DNA of 64,000 nucleotides from Candidatus Saccharimonadota bacterium (GTDB lineage Bacteria > Patescibacteriota > Saccharimonadia > Saccharimonadales > Saccharimonadaceae). Where the stretch lies: the NCBI GenBank assembly GCA_017545595.1, contig JAFWLO010000011.1, positions 37,921 through 101,920 of the forward strand. Direction: 5' to 3'. A model generated the notes under the pieces. It did no database searches and was not told where the DNA came from. It saw only the letters and a program-made list of their open reading frames with translations. Position 1 is the stretch's first letter; each line of letters opens with the position of its first letter. The translations under genes and the position numbers were made by a program. Shown here one piece after another: positions 1 through 10,271 of the stretch.

Positions 1-1
1 A

Positions 2-253
2 ATGACCGAAAAAACCAACAAAGAACAGGGGAATAAAGAAAGTATTTCTAGTACCTCCGAGAACAAACTCTCCATAACCGAAAAAATCTCCTCCCTCGAC
101 GAAAAAATCCAATGGTTCTATTCTGACGATTTTTCCCTCGACTCCGCCGAAGAAAACTATAAATCCGCCGTCTTCCTCGCCAAAGAAATCGAATCCGACC
201 TAGAAAATCTAAAAAACAATATAAAAATCCTCGGCCACGACTTTACTCGCTAA
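2..253 (+). CDS. xseB: Exodeoxyribonuclease VII small subunit-like protein (start may lie outside the window)
   Basis: Short helical protein with XseB-like pattern LSITEKISSLDEKIQWF..DFSLDSAEENYKSAVFLAKEIESDL. Confidence 0.6.
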   Translation: MTEKTNKEQGNKESISSTSENKLSITEKISSLDEKIQWFYSDDFSLDSAEENYKSAVFLAKEIESDLENLKNNIKILGHDFTR

Positions 254-276
254 AATGTTCGTGCTAAAATAAAACT

Positions 277-1023
277 ATGTTTAATAATCAGTCTTCCCCT
301 CAAATGCCTCCAGTTCCTCCCTCCGGAGCTCCTTCTTCTGGCCCGGGTTATGTCGCCTCTACTCCCGTTTCCGTCCCGAGCTCACGTTCCGGCGATTCTT
401 CTCTTCTTAAAACCGTCATCATCATCCTCTTAAGTCTCCTTCTCGTCGGAGCTATCCTTCTTTCTTATTATTTCTTCCGAGAATATCGCGTCGCCCGAAC
501 AACAATTGATTCCCAAGTCGCCTCCGCTGTTGCGAAAGAGTCTAAAAATATCGAAGATAGCCTCCGCGCCGAGTATGACGAAGAAGAAAAGTCTCCTTAT
601 AAATCCTTCGGAGGTCCGACTGACTACGGCTCTCTCAGCTTTAAATACCCTAAAACTTGGAGTGCTTATGTCGAAAAAGATGCTTCCTCCGGCGGAGATT
701 TCGTCGCCTATCTCCATCCCGACGAAGTCCCTCCTATAAACGACGACAATCCTATCGCTCTGACCGTAGAAATATCCACGACTCCTTACGATTCCTTCGT
801 CTCAAACTACTCTCGTAACGTCGAATCTGGCGAACTTACAAGCTCAATCATTAAGATTAACGGCCAAGACGCAACTCGCCTTTCTGGAACTTTCGGACGA
901 GAAGAGACCGGAACTCTCGTTCTTATCAAAATCCGTGACAAAACCGCCAGTTTCTGGACAAAGGGCGACATCTATATTTCCGATTACAATAAAATCCTAG
1001 AAACAATAACATTTAATCAATAA
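277..1023 (+). CDS. Single-pass membrane protein (Pro/Ser-rich N-terminus, TM helix, extracytoplasmic domain)
   Basis: 248-aa ORF with TM segment VIIILLSLLLVGAILLSYYFF; extended -10 TGCTAAAAT 6 nt before the ATG. Confidence 0.8.
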   Translation: MFNNQSSPQMPPVPPSGAPSSGPGYVASTPVSVPSSRSGDSSLLKTVIIILLSLLLVGAILLSYYFFREYRVARTTIDSQVASAVAKESKNIEDSLRAEYDEEEKSPYKSFGGPTDYGSLSFKYPKTWSAYVEKDASSGGDFVAYLHPDEVPPINDDNPIALTVEISTTPYDSFVSNYSRNVESGELTSSIIKINGQDATRLSGTFGREETGTLVLIKIRDKTASFWTKGDIYISDYNKILETITFNQ

Positions 1024-1033
1024 AGGAGAGAAA

Positions 1034-1642
1034 ATGGCACACATCAACCGAAAATACATAGACACGCATTGGTTTATCTTTATCGTAAAGGGAATAATTT
1101 CCTTGCTGTTCGGCTGGGTTGCTTTATTCTCAATGAACCGCGAGTTCAGCTATATGATTATGCTCGTCGGAATGTTCTTGTTGTCCATGTCTATCATCGA
1201 GTTCATTAACGCCCTATATAAAGCCAAGAAAAAAACCGGTTGGTCCGCCGCCCTCTCGTTAGCCGTGGTTGACGCTGTTGTTGCTCTCGCCCTCCTCTTC
1301 ACCATAAACCAAGACGTAACCTGGCACCTCGTTCTCGTTGCGGCTTACTCCTTCATTCGTGGCTTCTGCGAAATCGTCTCAGGTTTCAGGACGACAGTCG
1401 ACCCAACCGACCGTTTCACTTGGGTTCTTGGCGGAATGTGTGGTTGTATCATGGGCCTTGCCATTCTCAACTCCGGCGAATACTTTGTCCGCTTCTTCGG
1501 AGCTTATCTTTTAACAATCGGAATTTGTAGCCTCGTCTATGGCGTCCACAATCACGTCCAAAAGCAAGAAGACCTCGAAGCACGCCGAGAAGCCGCAAAA
1601 TCCCGCTCAAAAAAGTCCCGAGTCGCGAAAAAGTCCAAATAG
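1034..1642 (+). CDS. HdeD/DUF308-like multi-pass membrane protein
   Basis: About six TM helices, motif IVKGIISLLFGWVALF, Lys-rich tail; SD AAGGAG upstream. Confidence 0.65.
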   Translation: MAHINRKYIDTHWFIFIVKGIISLLFGWVALFSMNREFSYMIMLVGMFLLSMSIIEFINALYKAKKKTGWSAALSLAVVDAVVALALLFTINQDVTWHLVLVAAYSFIRGFCEIVSGFRTTVDPTDRFTWVLGGMCGCIMGLAILNSGEYFVRFFGAYLLTIGICSLVYGVHNHVQKQEDLEARREAAKSRSKKSRVAKKSK

Positions 1643-1660
1643 TGTTATAATATCCTCATC

Positions 1661-2536
1661 ATGAACTACAAATCTCCCAAGAAAGCCATCATAACCGACG
1701 CTGGCTTTGCCAGTCGCTTCCTCCCCATCACTAAAACCGTCCCTAAAGCCATGCTCCCGATCGGGAATCGCCCCGTCATGCAGCTCGTCATCGAAGAGTG
1801 TCTCGAAGCCGGAATAGAGCAGATTATCATCGTCGCAACTGAAGATGGAAAACCTTTCTACGAAGATTATTTCAACAACAAAGTCGAAAAAGTTAAGAAC
1901 CAACTTGCCTCTCAAGGAAAGTCCGATCGTTTCGAGTCCGTCGAAAAAGTTCTCTCCTTTCCTGAGATAAAAGTCATTGTCCAGGACCCTTCGCTCCCTT
2001 ACGGGAACGGCTCTCCGATTGCCTCCGCGGCCAATTTTATCTCCCCCGACGAATCTTTCATTGTCGCTTATTCCGACGACGTCGTCTACGGTAAGTCTGC
2101 TGTAAAAGACCTCATCGAATCCTTCGAGAAACACCCCGACGCTCTCGCGATAGTCGGCGCCCAGCTCGTCCCTCACGAAGAAATTAAAAAATACGCCTCC
2201 GTCGATTTTGACGAATCCTCCGAAGTTCTGAAAGGCCTCGTCGAAAAACCCGCCCCCGAAGAAGCCAAGTCCGACCTCGCCTCTTACGGTCGCTACCTCT
2301 TGACCCCCGAAATTTTCAAATTCCTAAAACCTGAGAACACTGGCCTCGACGCCGAACTTTGGACCGCCGACGCTATCGCAAAACTCATCCCTACAAACCG
2401 CGTTTACGTTAAAGAAACCTCAGGCCTCTGGATGACGACCGGCGACCCCCGCAACTACGCCTTCGCCCAACTTAAATACGCCCTCGATAACGAGCCTTAC
2501 GCCAGCGAGCTGAGAGATTTTATCAACAAAAACTAA
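1661..2536 (+). CDS. galU: UTP-glucose-1-phosphate uridylyltransferase / nucleotidyltransferase
   Basis: KAIITDAGFASRFLPITKTVPKAMLP signature; LVEKP and GRYLL motifs. Confidence 0.85.
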   Translation: MNYKSPKKAIITDAGFASRFLPITKTVPKAMLPIGNRPVMQLVIEECLEAGIEQIIIVATEDGKPFYEDYFNNKVEKVKNQLASQGKSDRFESVEKVLSFPEIKVIVQDPSLPYGNGSPIASAANFISPDESFIVAYSDDVVYGKSAVKDLIESFEKHPDALAIVGAQLVPHEEIKKYASVDFDESSEVLKGLVEKPAPEEAKSDLASYGRYLLTPEIFKFLKPENTGLDAELWTADAIAKLIPTNRVYVKETSGLWMTTGDPRNYAFAQLKYALDNEPYASELRDFINKN

Positions 2537-2545
2537 AGGAGAACC

Positions 2546-2989
2546 ATGAACACCGCCGAATGGATTTTAGTAGTAATCTTATCCCTCACCCTACTTGTCT
2601 TCCTCGTTGTCGCAACTATTTTCCTTATTAAACTTATCGATCTCACAAAAGAAGCTAAAATCGTCGTAAAAACCAGCCAGGGAATCGCAGAAAAAACCGA
2701 AGATGTCGTAGAAAACGTTAAAGATTTCACCTCCATCGGCGGAATCGCCAAAGCTTTCGCAAATCGAATCGACCGAAACGGCGTAGAAATCGACCTCTCC
2801 AAAAAACCAAAAATCAAAGTCCCGAGCGACCCAGAACCAGCCGAATCTGCCGAACCGACTCAAGAAAGCGTCCCTAAAACCCCCACAGAAAAACCCACTC
2901 CAAGGTCCGCCACAAAACCTTCGACCGCTTCGAACTCTTCAACAAGATCCGCCCATGAAACAAAGTCCAAAAAATCCTCAAAAAACTAA
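2546..2989 (+). CDS. Hypothetical membrane-anchored protein (N-terminal TM, coiled region, Pro/Thr/Lys tail)
   Basis: SD AAGGAG, TM residues ~5-28, strand-typical codon usage. Confidence 0.7.
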   Translation: MNTAEWILVVILSLTLLVFLVVATIFLIKLIDLTKEAKIVVKTSQGIAEKTEDVVENVKDFTSIGGIAKAFANRIDRNGVEIDLSKKPKIKVPSDPEPAESAEPTQESVPKTPTEKPTPRSATKPSTASNSSTRSAHETKSKKSSKN

Positions 2990-3019
2990 GCTCAAAACCA
3001 ATTCTAACGTAACAAAGAT

Positions 3020-3065
3020 AAAATCCGCACTCGGCCATTTTCTTGGCATGATTTGCGGATTTTTT
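3020..3065. terminator. Bidirectional intrinsic terminator between convergent genes
   Basis: 10-bp inverted repeat AAAATCCGCA/TGCGGATTTT with A and T tails. Confidence 0.75.
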
Positions 3066-3094
3066 ACTGGTATCTTTCGAGACGCGAAATAAAT

Positions 3095-6000
3095 CTATAC
3101 TACTTTCACACACTCCTCCCCAACAACTTCTCCAATTTCTTTCTTGAATTCTTCGCATACTTCCACTCTAAACGGCATCTTAAGTGCCTTTTTTTCTTCT
3201 CCGTCTTGAAGAACCAAGACAACATCCTGCATTCCTAAATTCCTATCACAGACTCTCTTAATCGCCTCAAGAATATTCGTGTCGTCCGGAGTCTTAACCA
3301 AAATATAAACTTTCTCTTTTCTCGTATCTTTAGGGGGTTTCACGACACGAATTTTTTCGAATTGAACATCCGCTCCTCCACCCGTTCCGGAGTTTCCGCT
3401 CGAAAACGATGCTCCTCCTCGAGAATATCCGCCTCCTCCTCCGACGCTCGAAGCTGAAGTTTTCGAACGCCTCTGGAATTTTGGAGCTTCCTTTGGTTCT
3501 CCGAGCCTCATTCCTGTCGACTCATACCCCTCGAGAACTTCGTCAGAAACAACTTCACAAGAATCCATCAACACTTTCGCTTCAGGAACAACATTTCCAT
3601 TTTTATCTCGCGCATTAACTTTACCAATAACCTTCACAACGTTATCTTGAACTAATTTTCCGCCATATTCTTCATATACGCTCGGAAAAACCACAACTTC
3701 TTGCTCGCTTGTCTTATTTTCTATCTTCACGAACGCCATCTTCGTATTAGACTTCGTCAAAATCGTTCGAACTGCCGTAATAATCCCCCCGACAACAACC
3801 GTCCTTCCATCATATTGTTCACAAACATAAGAGAACGGATGAGTCTGTTCCTCGAAATAGGTATCGTATTTATCTAGCGGATGCGCTGAGACGTAAAGCC
3901 CCATCAAATCTCTTTCCCAGAGAAGCTGCTCCTTTTCGCTGTATTGCGCCGGCGAAGGCTTTATCTCGACTTCCGGAATTGCAGCCACCGCCCCAAAAGC
4001 CCCAAAAAGATCTGTCTGCCCACTTGCCGCGTCTTTTTGCATTTTCGCCCCATAAGCCTGAATATTTTCAAGATTATAAAGAAGATCACTCCTCGTTCCA
4101 AAGCTATCAAACGCCCCAGTTTTTATTGCCGACTCCCAAGCTTTTTTATTAAACTTTGTCGAATCAACACGTTTCGCAAAGTCACATACGCTCTTAAACG
4201 GCCCTCCGCTATCTCTTTCCGGAATAACTTTTTCCTCGACAAGTGCTTTTCCGACGCCTTTAATCCCAGAAAGCCCGAAACGAATAGTGTTTTCTCCCCC
4301 GACAATACCAAAATCCCCATAACTCTGGTTGATGTCCGGCCCGAGAACTTTAATCCCCATTCTCTTACATTCCGCAATCTCAATCGCTAATCTATCTGTC
4401 CATCTCATATCCGCCGTCATAAGCGCAGCCATATAAGCGTCAGGATAATGCGCCTTCAAATACGCCGTCCAGTAAGAAACCAGTCCATAACACGCCGCAT
4501 GAGACTTATTAAAGCAATAGTTAGCAAAATCTAGTAGTTGTTTCCAAAACGTCTCCGCAATTTCTTCTGTTGCCCCTCCAACCTTGACCGCCCCCTCAAT
4601 AAATTGCGGTTTGACTTTTTTCATCATGTCGATTTTCTTTTTCCCAACCGCTTTTCTAAGCGTATCTGCCTGTCCACCCGTAAATCCGCACCATTCTCGA
4701 CTTATCTGCATGAACTGCTCTTGATAAATCATAATTCCATACGTGTTTTTTAAAGAATTTTCCAAACCCGGATGGAGGTATGTTATCGGCTCTTCGCCGT
4801 GTTTTCTACGAATAAACGAATCAATAAATTGCATCGGTCCCGGACGATACAAAGCTACCATAGCGATAATATCCTCGAAGTGGTCAGCTTTAAGGTCCTT
4901 AAGATAACGCTTCATTCCAGCCGATTCAAGCTGGAACACCCCTGTCGTTTCGGCATTTTGGAGCAATTTATAGGTTTTTTCATCATCCAGCGGGACAGAA
5001 TACATGTCTATATCATCATGATAGACTTTTCGAATCATCCTTAAAGCATTATTAATCACAGAAAGGTTAGAAAGCCCCAAAAAGTCCATTTTAAGAAGAC
5101 CCAGCTCCTCAATCGTTCCCATTGGAAACTGCGCTGCAATCGGCCCCTTCGCAGAAACTTCCAGCGGAACAAACTTAACGAGATCGTCCGGCGCAATCAC
5201 GACCCCACAGGCATGCACCCCATGTCCGCGAATCGTTCCTTCTAGCCTGCTTGCAAAATCAAGAACTTCCTTCGAAGTCGGATTCGTCTCGTATTCATTC
5301 TTGAGGTCCGGAACGTCTCGAATCGCATCAGGAAGATGAACATGATGTCCCATAACCGGGTCTGGAACCATCTTTGCGAGTCTATCCGCCTCCGAATAGG
5401 GAACCTCGAGCACTCTCGCAACATCCCTCACGGCGTTTTTTGCCATCATCTTGCCAAAAGTCGCAATATTCGACACCCTTGCTTTTCCGTATTTTCTCGT
5501 ACAATATTCAATAACCTCATCTCGGCGCGTATCTTGAATATCCGTATCAATATCCGGCATAGAAATACGATCCGGATTCAAAAACCTCTCAAAAAGAAGA
5601 TCATAGCTCATCGGGTCGAGCTCTGTAATCCTCATTGCATACGCAAGAAGCGCCCCTGCCGCACTTCCACGCCCAGGCCCATACACGATCCCTTGCCTCT
5701 TACCCCAGTTGATAAAATCCCAAACAATCAAGAAATAACCGTTATACCCCATCTTATCAACAACAGAAAGCTCATAATCTATCCTCGGGAGAAGTTTATG
5801 AAGTTCGTCTCTAGTTTCATCCACTTTTTCGAGAATTTTTCTACATTCCTCGACAGTCAACTTACTCGCTTCTTCCTCTGTTTTTCCGCCATATCTAAAC
5901 ACCAATCCTCTAAAAACCAACTTGTCTAGATAAGTTTTATCGGTTTCTCCCTCTGGAACAGGGAATTTCGGAATTAAAATCCTCCCAAGCTGAAGCTCGA

Positions 6001-6895
6001 CATTACATCTGTCCGCAATTCTTCTCGAATTCAAAACTGCCTCAGGACAAGTCTTCTGCCACCTCTTTATGATTTCTTCTGGAGGTATAACATGAAGTTG
6101 GAATTCCTTGAGCGACATCCTGTTCGTATCAGAAAGGTTTGAACCCGTCCCAACACAAAGCAAAACTTCATGCGCATCCTGGTCTTCATGGTTCAAATAA
6201 TGCGCATCGCACGTCACCACAAGCGGTAGCCCCAGTTCTTTCGCGTGCGCCATGTGCCAATCGTTAATTTTTGTCTGCTCTGCCCAATGTGTCGGAGAAT
6301 CTGGATGTCCATGGTCCTGCATCTCAAGATAAAATCTATCCTTAAACACATTTCGATACCAATCTATAAGTTCGAGAGCCTTTTTATCGTCACCCGCACG
6401 AATCGCCTCAGAAATCTCCGACCCCGCACAACCAGATAAACAGATAATCCCCTCATTATACTTCTCCATATCTTTATGGTCAGTTCGGGGTTTATAGTAT
6501 TTTCCGTTAATCTCAGCATTAGACATGATTCGACAAAGATTCTCAAACCCCTTGTCGTTCATCGCAAGAAGAGTAATGTGGAACCTCTGTTTGTCATGCG
6601 CCGGATCTCTATCTTCGAGATTTCTTGCCGCGACATACGCCTCAAGCCCCAAAATCGGCTTAATTCCGGCATCTTTACAAGTTTTATAAAGCTCAACCAG
6701 TCCCGACATTGTCCCGTGGTCGGTCACTGCGACAGCTTCCATCCCATGTTCCTTCACAAAATCAACAAGTTCAGGAATTTTTGTCAGCCCATCAAGAAGG
6801 GAATAATGCGTATGGTTATGAAGATGGACAAAATCGCTCGGTTTAAGCACAATTTCTTCAGTTTCTTCAGAATTCTCCACTTTTTCTTGACTCAT
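3095..6895 (-). CDS. dnaE: DNA polymerase III alpha subunit
   Basis: PHP motif HLHNHTHYSLLDG, GRGSAAG, PDIDTD, FNKSHAA, OB fold; Gly/Ser-rich linker near the C-terminus. Confidence 0.98.
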   Translation of the reverse strand: MSQEKVENSEETEEIVLKPSDFVHLHNHTHYSLLDGLTKIPELVDFVKEHGMEAVAVTDHGTMSGLVELYKTCKDAGIKPILGLEAYVAARNLEDRDPAHDKQRFHITLLAMNDKGFENLCRIMSNAEINGKYYKPRTDHKDMEKYNEGIICLSGCAGSEISEAIRAGDDKKALELIDWYRNVFKDRFYLEMQDHGHPDSPTHWAEQTKINDWHMAHAKELGLPLVVTCDAHYLNHEDQDAHEVLLCVGTGSNLSDTNRMSLKEFQLHVIPPEEIIKRWQKTCPEAVLNSRRIADRCNVELQLGRILIPKFPVPEGETDKTYLDKLVFRGLVFRYGGKTEEEASKLTVEECRKILEKVDETRDELHKLLPRIDYELSVVDKMGYNGYFLIVWDFINWGKRQGIVYGPGRGSAAGALLAYAMRITELDPMSYDLLFERFLNPDRISMPDIDTDIQDTRRDEVIEYCTRKYGKARVSNIATFGKMMAKNAVRDVARVLEVPYSEADRLAKMVPDPVMGHHVHLPDAIRDVPDLKNEYETNPTSKEVLDFASRLEGTIRGHGVHACGVVIAPDDLVKFVPLEVSAKGPIAAQFPMGTIEELGLLKMDFLGLSNLSVINNALRMIRKVYHDDIDMYSVPLDDEKTYKLLQNAETTGVFQLESAGMKRYLKDLKADHFEDIIAMVALYRPGPMQFIDSFIRRKHGEEPITYLHPGLENSLKNTYGIMIYQEQFMQISREWCGFTGGQADTLRKAVGKKKIDMMKKVKPQFIEGAVKVGGATEEIAETFWKQLLDFANYCFNKSHAACYGLVSYWTAYLKAHYPDAYMAALMTADMRWTDRLAIEIAECKRMGIKVLGPDINQSYGDFGIVGGENTIRFGLSGIKGVGKALVEEKVIPERDSGGPFKSVCDFAKRVDSTKFNKKAWESAIKTGAFDSFGTRSDLLYNLENIQAYGAKMQKDAASGQTDLFGAFGAVAAIPEVEIKPSPAQYSEKEQLLWERDLMGLYVSAHPLDKYDTYFEEQTHPFSYVCEQYDGRTVVVGGIITAVRTILTKSNTKMAFVKIENKTSEQEVVVFPSVYEEYGGKLVQDNVVKVIGKVNARDKNGNVVPEAKVLMDSCEVVSDEVLEGYESTGMRLGEPKEAPKFQRRSKTSASSVGGGGGYSRGGASFSSGNSGTGGGADVQFEKIRVVKPPKDTRKEKVYILVKTPDDTNILEAIKRVCDRNLGMQDVVLVLQDGEEKKALKMPFRVEVCEEFKKEIGEVVGEECVKVV

Positions 6896-6935
6896 AATTC
6901 TATTATATCACCAAAATTTATGCTATACTTGAATT
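6896..6935. promoter_or_regulatory. Back-to-back extended -10 promoters for dnaE and ORF 6936, both probably leaderless
   Basis: Minus strand TGATATAAT 6 nt before the dnaE ATG; plus strand TGCTATACT 6 nt before ATG 6936. Confidence 0.7.
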
Positions 6936-8264
6936 ATGGATAATGATAATGCTTTAAAGTCGATAAAAACAAACCTAAACAAACCTAAAGGTTCTTCTTC
7001 CTCGGCAGAAAAATCCGAAACTTCCTCTGATTCTTCCGCTCCGGATTTTCTCTTTGCGGAAAGAAGCTCGAGCGACTCCGAAAAATCCCCTGAAGTTTCC
7101 TCCGTCCCCGAAGCCCCTTCCTCTGTTCCTGAGGAAGAGCCCGAACATTCCCCTATTGAAGAACCTTCAGAAAATTCCTCCCCAGTTGAAAAAATCGAAG
7201 TCCATCATATCTCCGACTCCGAACCGGAACCCGAAAAAGCCCCAGAACCCGAGACAAAATCCCCTTCGTCCGATTCTGGCGCAAAAATCCTCTCCATGGA
7301 GACCGAAAGCGAACCCGTCGTCTCCGTCCCCGAGTTCGACCCTGAAGCTCCCCGTCTCTCGACCGAGCCAAAGAAGAAAAAAAGCGGTCTTCTCGTCTTT
7401 CTCATTATCATTTTCGTCCTCTTTTTCTCGGCCTGCGCCGCGAGCTATTATGTCGTTGTTCTCCGTCCCGATTTAAATCCCTTCCAGAATTTCTTTAACC
7501 AATCTTCCTCTACCTCTTCGTCTTCTTCTTCGGAAAACACGACGAATCCTTCTGCCTCTCTTCCCGAAGAAGAGGTAGAAATCTCCCTCGAAGAAGAAAA
7601 GACTCTCCTTTTCAAACGCCTTTTCTCGCTTCACAGTGGCGCCGACTACGACGAAACGTTTAATGGCTCCAACCCCCTCTTCGAAGAAAAAGCCTATTTT
7701 GCCTTCGACGCATCTTATAATGTAACTGACGCCCTTTATTCTGGCAATCTCTCCGCTTCCGATCGAATTTATATCGTCACAAAAGCCCTTCATGCTCAGG
7801 ACAAGCTCAAACCTCTTTCCGAGCTCGGAATTTCCGAAGAAGCGTACATTTCTGCCTATCCTGATAATTCCGAATGGTATTCTGAGGCAAAGGGCATTGA
7901 ACAAACCGCTGTCGCCTCTCTCTATAAAGACATTTTCGGAAAAACCATCCGCCATCAAGATGCGACAGAAATCTGTGGCAGTTTAACATACAGTTCTGAG
8001 CTAAAAGCCTACATAACTCGACCAGAAGACTGCGGAGGAATTGGTGTCGGGCAACAACTTTATGTCATTTCTTACACTCAAAAGGGAACAGAATACTACG
8101 TTAATGTCGCTATCACAAACAAATACGACGGAGATCAAGCCCCGATAGAACAGCTCATCAACTCCGGAAATACCAATCTTTTCCCACAATATCGCTTCAC
8201 CTTCGAACAAGCCGAAGGAAACTACTATTTCACTAAAGTTGAACCCCTCCCTGAAAGAGATTAG
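6936..8264 (+). CDS. Single-pass membrane protein (acidic disordered N-terminus, extracytoplasmic domain)
   Basis: KKKKSGLLVFLIIIFVLFFSACAASYYVVVLRP TM segment followed by a Ser-rich linker. Confidence 0.8.
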   Translation: MDNDNALKSIKTNLNKPKGSSSSAEKSETSSDSSAPDFLFAERSSSDSEKSPEVSSVPEAPSSVPEEEPEHSPIEEPSENSSPVEKIEVHHISDSEPEPEKAPEPETKSPSSDSGAKILSMETESEPVVSVPEFDPEAPRLSTEPKKKKSGLLVFLIIIFVLFFSACAASYYVVVLRPDLNPFQNFFNQSSSTSSSSSSENTTNPSASLPEEEVEISLEEEKTLLFKRLFSLHSGADYDETFNGSNPLFEEKAYFAFDASYNVTDALYSGNLSASDRIYIVTKALHAQDKLKPLSELGISEEAYISAYPDNSEWYSEAKGIEQTAVASLYKDIFGKTIRHQDATEICGSLTYSSELKAYITRPEDCGGIGVGQQLYVISYTQKGTEYYVNVAITNKYDGDQAPIEQLINSGNTNLFPQYRFTFEQAEGNYYFTKVEPLPERD

Positions 8265-8267
8265 CTC

Positions 8268-9083
8268 ATGACTCCCGAAAATCAGCCTCAAAAACCAGCG
8301 CCAACGGCGACTCCAGCGACATCGACAGCACAAGCAACGCCAACAACTCCAACAACTCCGGCAACAACAGCTCAGCCAGCTACGCCCGCAGCAAGTCCCG
8401 TGACGCCAACGGCAGCACAAACATCTCAACCTTCTACAACCCCTTCAGCCAGCACGGACCCTGCTCCTAAAACCGGCACTCCCGCTGGCGAATCAGCCCT
8501 AAAATCCCCCGAATCTATCTATCCTACTCCTGAACCGACTCCTCCTCCAGTCGTCCATCAAGAATCCCCCAAGCCCAAAACTCCCGTCCCTATCTCCGAG
8601 CTTACGCCTCCTCCCGAGGCCGCAGGAACTCCAGCCCCAGAACCAGAAGAAAAACCTAAACAGTCTCAAGAATCCTCCGCTCAGACTGGTCTGACTCCCG
8701 CCCAAATAGCTGCCGCGAATCTTGAAGAACCTGCAGAAAAAACTTCAACTCCCGCTTCTCGCGCCTTTGGGACAGCGACTCAAAAACGTAACGGAGCGAC
8801 CATCTTCCTGCTCGTCCTCTTCTTCTTTCTTCTTGGCGCCGGAGCCGCAAGTTATTATTTCCTCGTCATAAAACCCGAACAAGATTCTAAAAACCGCCCG
8901 ACTCCAACCATAATCACCCCAACAAATTCTACTTCAGAAACAGAATCTTCAGGAACTGCAGAACCAGTCGCCGAAGAAGGAGAAACTCCCGCCGAAACCC
9001 AAGAAGCTTCCCCGTCCGAAGAAGTCTCCGAAGAGACCGCTCCGACCGTTGACCCCGAACAAAGCTCCGCAGTTTCTCAATAA
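8268..9083 (+). CDS. Pro/Thr/Ala-rich single-pass membrane protein
   Basis: Low-complexity N-terminus; TM IFLLVLFFFLLGAGAASYYFLVIKP. Confidence 0.75.
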   Translation: MTPENQPQKPAPTATPATSTAQATPTTPTTPATTAQPATPAASPVTPTAAQTSQPSTTPSASTDPAPKTGTPAGESALKSPESIYPTPEPTPPPVVHQESPKPKTPVPISELTPPPEAAGTPAPEPEEKPKQSQESSAQTGLTPAQIAAANLEEPAEKTSTPASRAFGTATQKRNGATIFLLVLFFFLLGAGAASYYFLVIKPEQDSKNRPTPTIITPTNSTSETESSGTAEPVAEEGETPAETQEASPSEEVSEETAPTVDPEQSSAVSQ

Positions 9084-9604
9084 AGACAACTTAGCCCAAA
9101 GAGCGCTATTCCCGCCGCAACAGAAACATTAAATGACTCCTTCTCTCCAAACATCGGAATTTCTAAAAACACGTCAATTATATCATAAAACGAATAATTT
9201 ATTCCTTCAACCTCCTCTCCGAGGACAAGGACGACTCTCTCTCCAAGTCTCTTTTTAAGCGTTGGAAAATTAGAATTACAGAGAGAAATTAACCTTTTAT
9301 CTTCGATATTATTTTCTAAACCCGCAACAACATATCCTTTTTTCTTGAATTCTCTAAGTTCAGAAATTATATCATGAGATGAATAATTTTTAACTAACTT
9401 TTCCGCCCCGAGCGCCGTCTTTTCTATCTGTTTATTCAGCTTTTCTCTAAGATGCGGCAAAATTCTTTCGTCGTCCGGTCTCGGCGTATATCCCGAAAAA
9501 ATCACCGCTTCCACCCCAAACCCTTCCGAAGTCCTTAGGATTGAACCGACATTTCCTGCCGAACGAATGTTATTCAAAACGACCACAACTTTCATACTTT
9601 TCAT
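9077..9604 (-). CDS. SpoU/TrmH-family RNA methyltransferase
   Basis: VVLNNIRSAGNVGSILRT, LVLGEEVEGI, IPMFGEKESFNVSVAAGI motifs. Confidence 0.92.
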   Translation of the reverse strand: MKSMKVVVVLNNIRSAGNVGSILRTSEGFGVEAVIFSGYTPRPDDERILPHLREKLNKQIEKTALGAEKLVKNYSSHDIISELREFKKKGYVVAGLENNIEDKRLISLCNSNFPTLKKRLGERVVLVLGEEVEGINYSFYDIIDVFLEIPMFGEKESFNVSVAAGIALFGLSCLY

Positions 9605-9622
9605 GATACAATAACTCTAGAT

Positions 9623-10207
9623 ATGATTCAAATCTCAAAAGATTCCACGTCCCAAATCATAAACGCCCTAAACTCCGGTCAAGTTGTCGCCCTTCCGACC
9701 GAAACCGTCTATGGTCTCGCCATCTCCCTTAACTCCCCGACCGCCCTCGAAAAGCTCATCTACCTAAAGCGTCGCGACCTTAAATCCGGAAAGGTTTTCA
9801 CCCTTGTCCCGCCGACAAAGTCCGACTTCTCGACTTATTCCGTTCCGACGCGCCTCTCTCGAACTTTCATCTCTAAATACGTCCCCGGAGAAATCACCCT
9901 CATTCTCCATAAAAACCCCGAGTTTTCCCATCCTTATTTTAACCATTTCTCAACTATCGGCCTACGCCTCCCGAAGTCTCAGCTTTTCTTTAATATCCTC
10001 CCCGAAACCGGTCCGCTCCTTCTGACTTCCGCTAATCCTCGTGGAGACAAACCCGCGACCTCTTCCGAAGAAGTCGCCGAAACTCTCCCGAAGGTTGACG
10101 TCATCGTAGAAGGGAAGACCCCCTCCGGGAAACTCCCCTCGACCGTCGTCGATTTAACCGGAAAAACCCCTGTTATCATCCGCCAAGGTGACTTAAAGCT
10201 AAAATAA
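9623..10207 (+). CDS. tsaC: Threonylcarbamoyl-AMP synthase (TsaC/Sua5 family)
   Basis: VALPTETVYGL, TSANPRG, PSTVVDL motifs. Confidence 0.9.
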   Translation: MIQISKDSTSQIINALNSGQVVALPTETVYGLAISLNSPTALEKLIYLKRRDLKSGKVFTLVPPTKSDFSTYSVPTRLSRTFISKYVPGEITLILHKNPEFSHPYFNHFSTIGLRLPKSQLFFNILPETGPLLLTSANPRGDKPATSSEEVAETLPKVDVIVEGKTPSGKLPSTVVDLTGKTPVIIRQGDLKLK

Positions 10208-10271
10208 TGTTATAATAGTCCTAGCGCTTCGCGCGTGCACTTTTTGTTCAAGAAGAAATGGAGGGGGCCCT

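Noticed and set aside
3095-6895. Intein in DnaE
   Set aside because: Length is normal; the only insert is a Gly/Ser low-complexity linker with no C/S..HN splice motifs.
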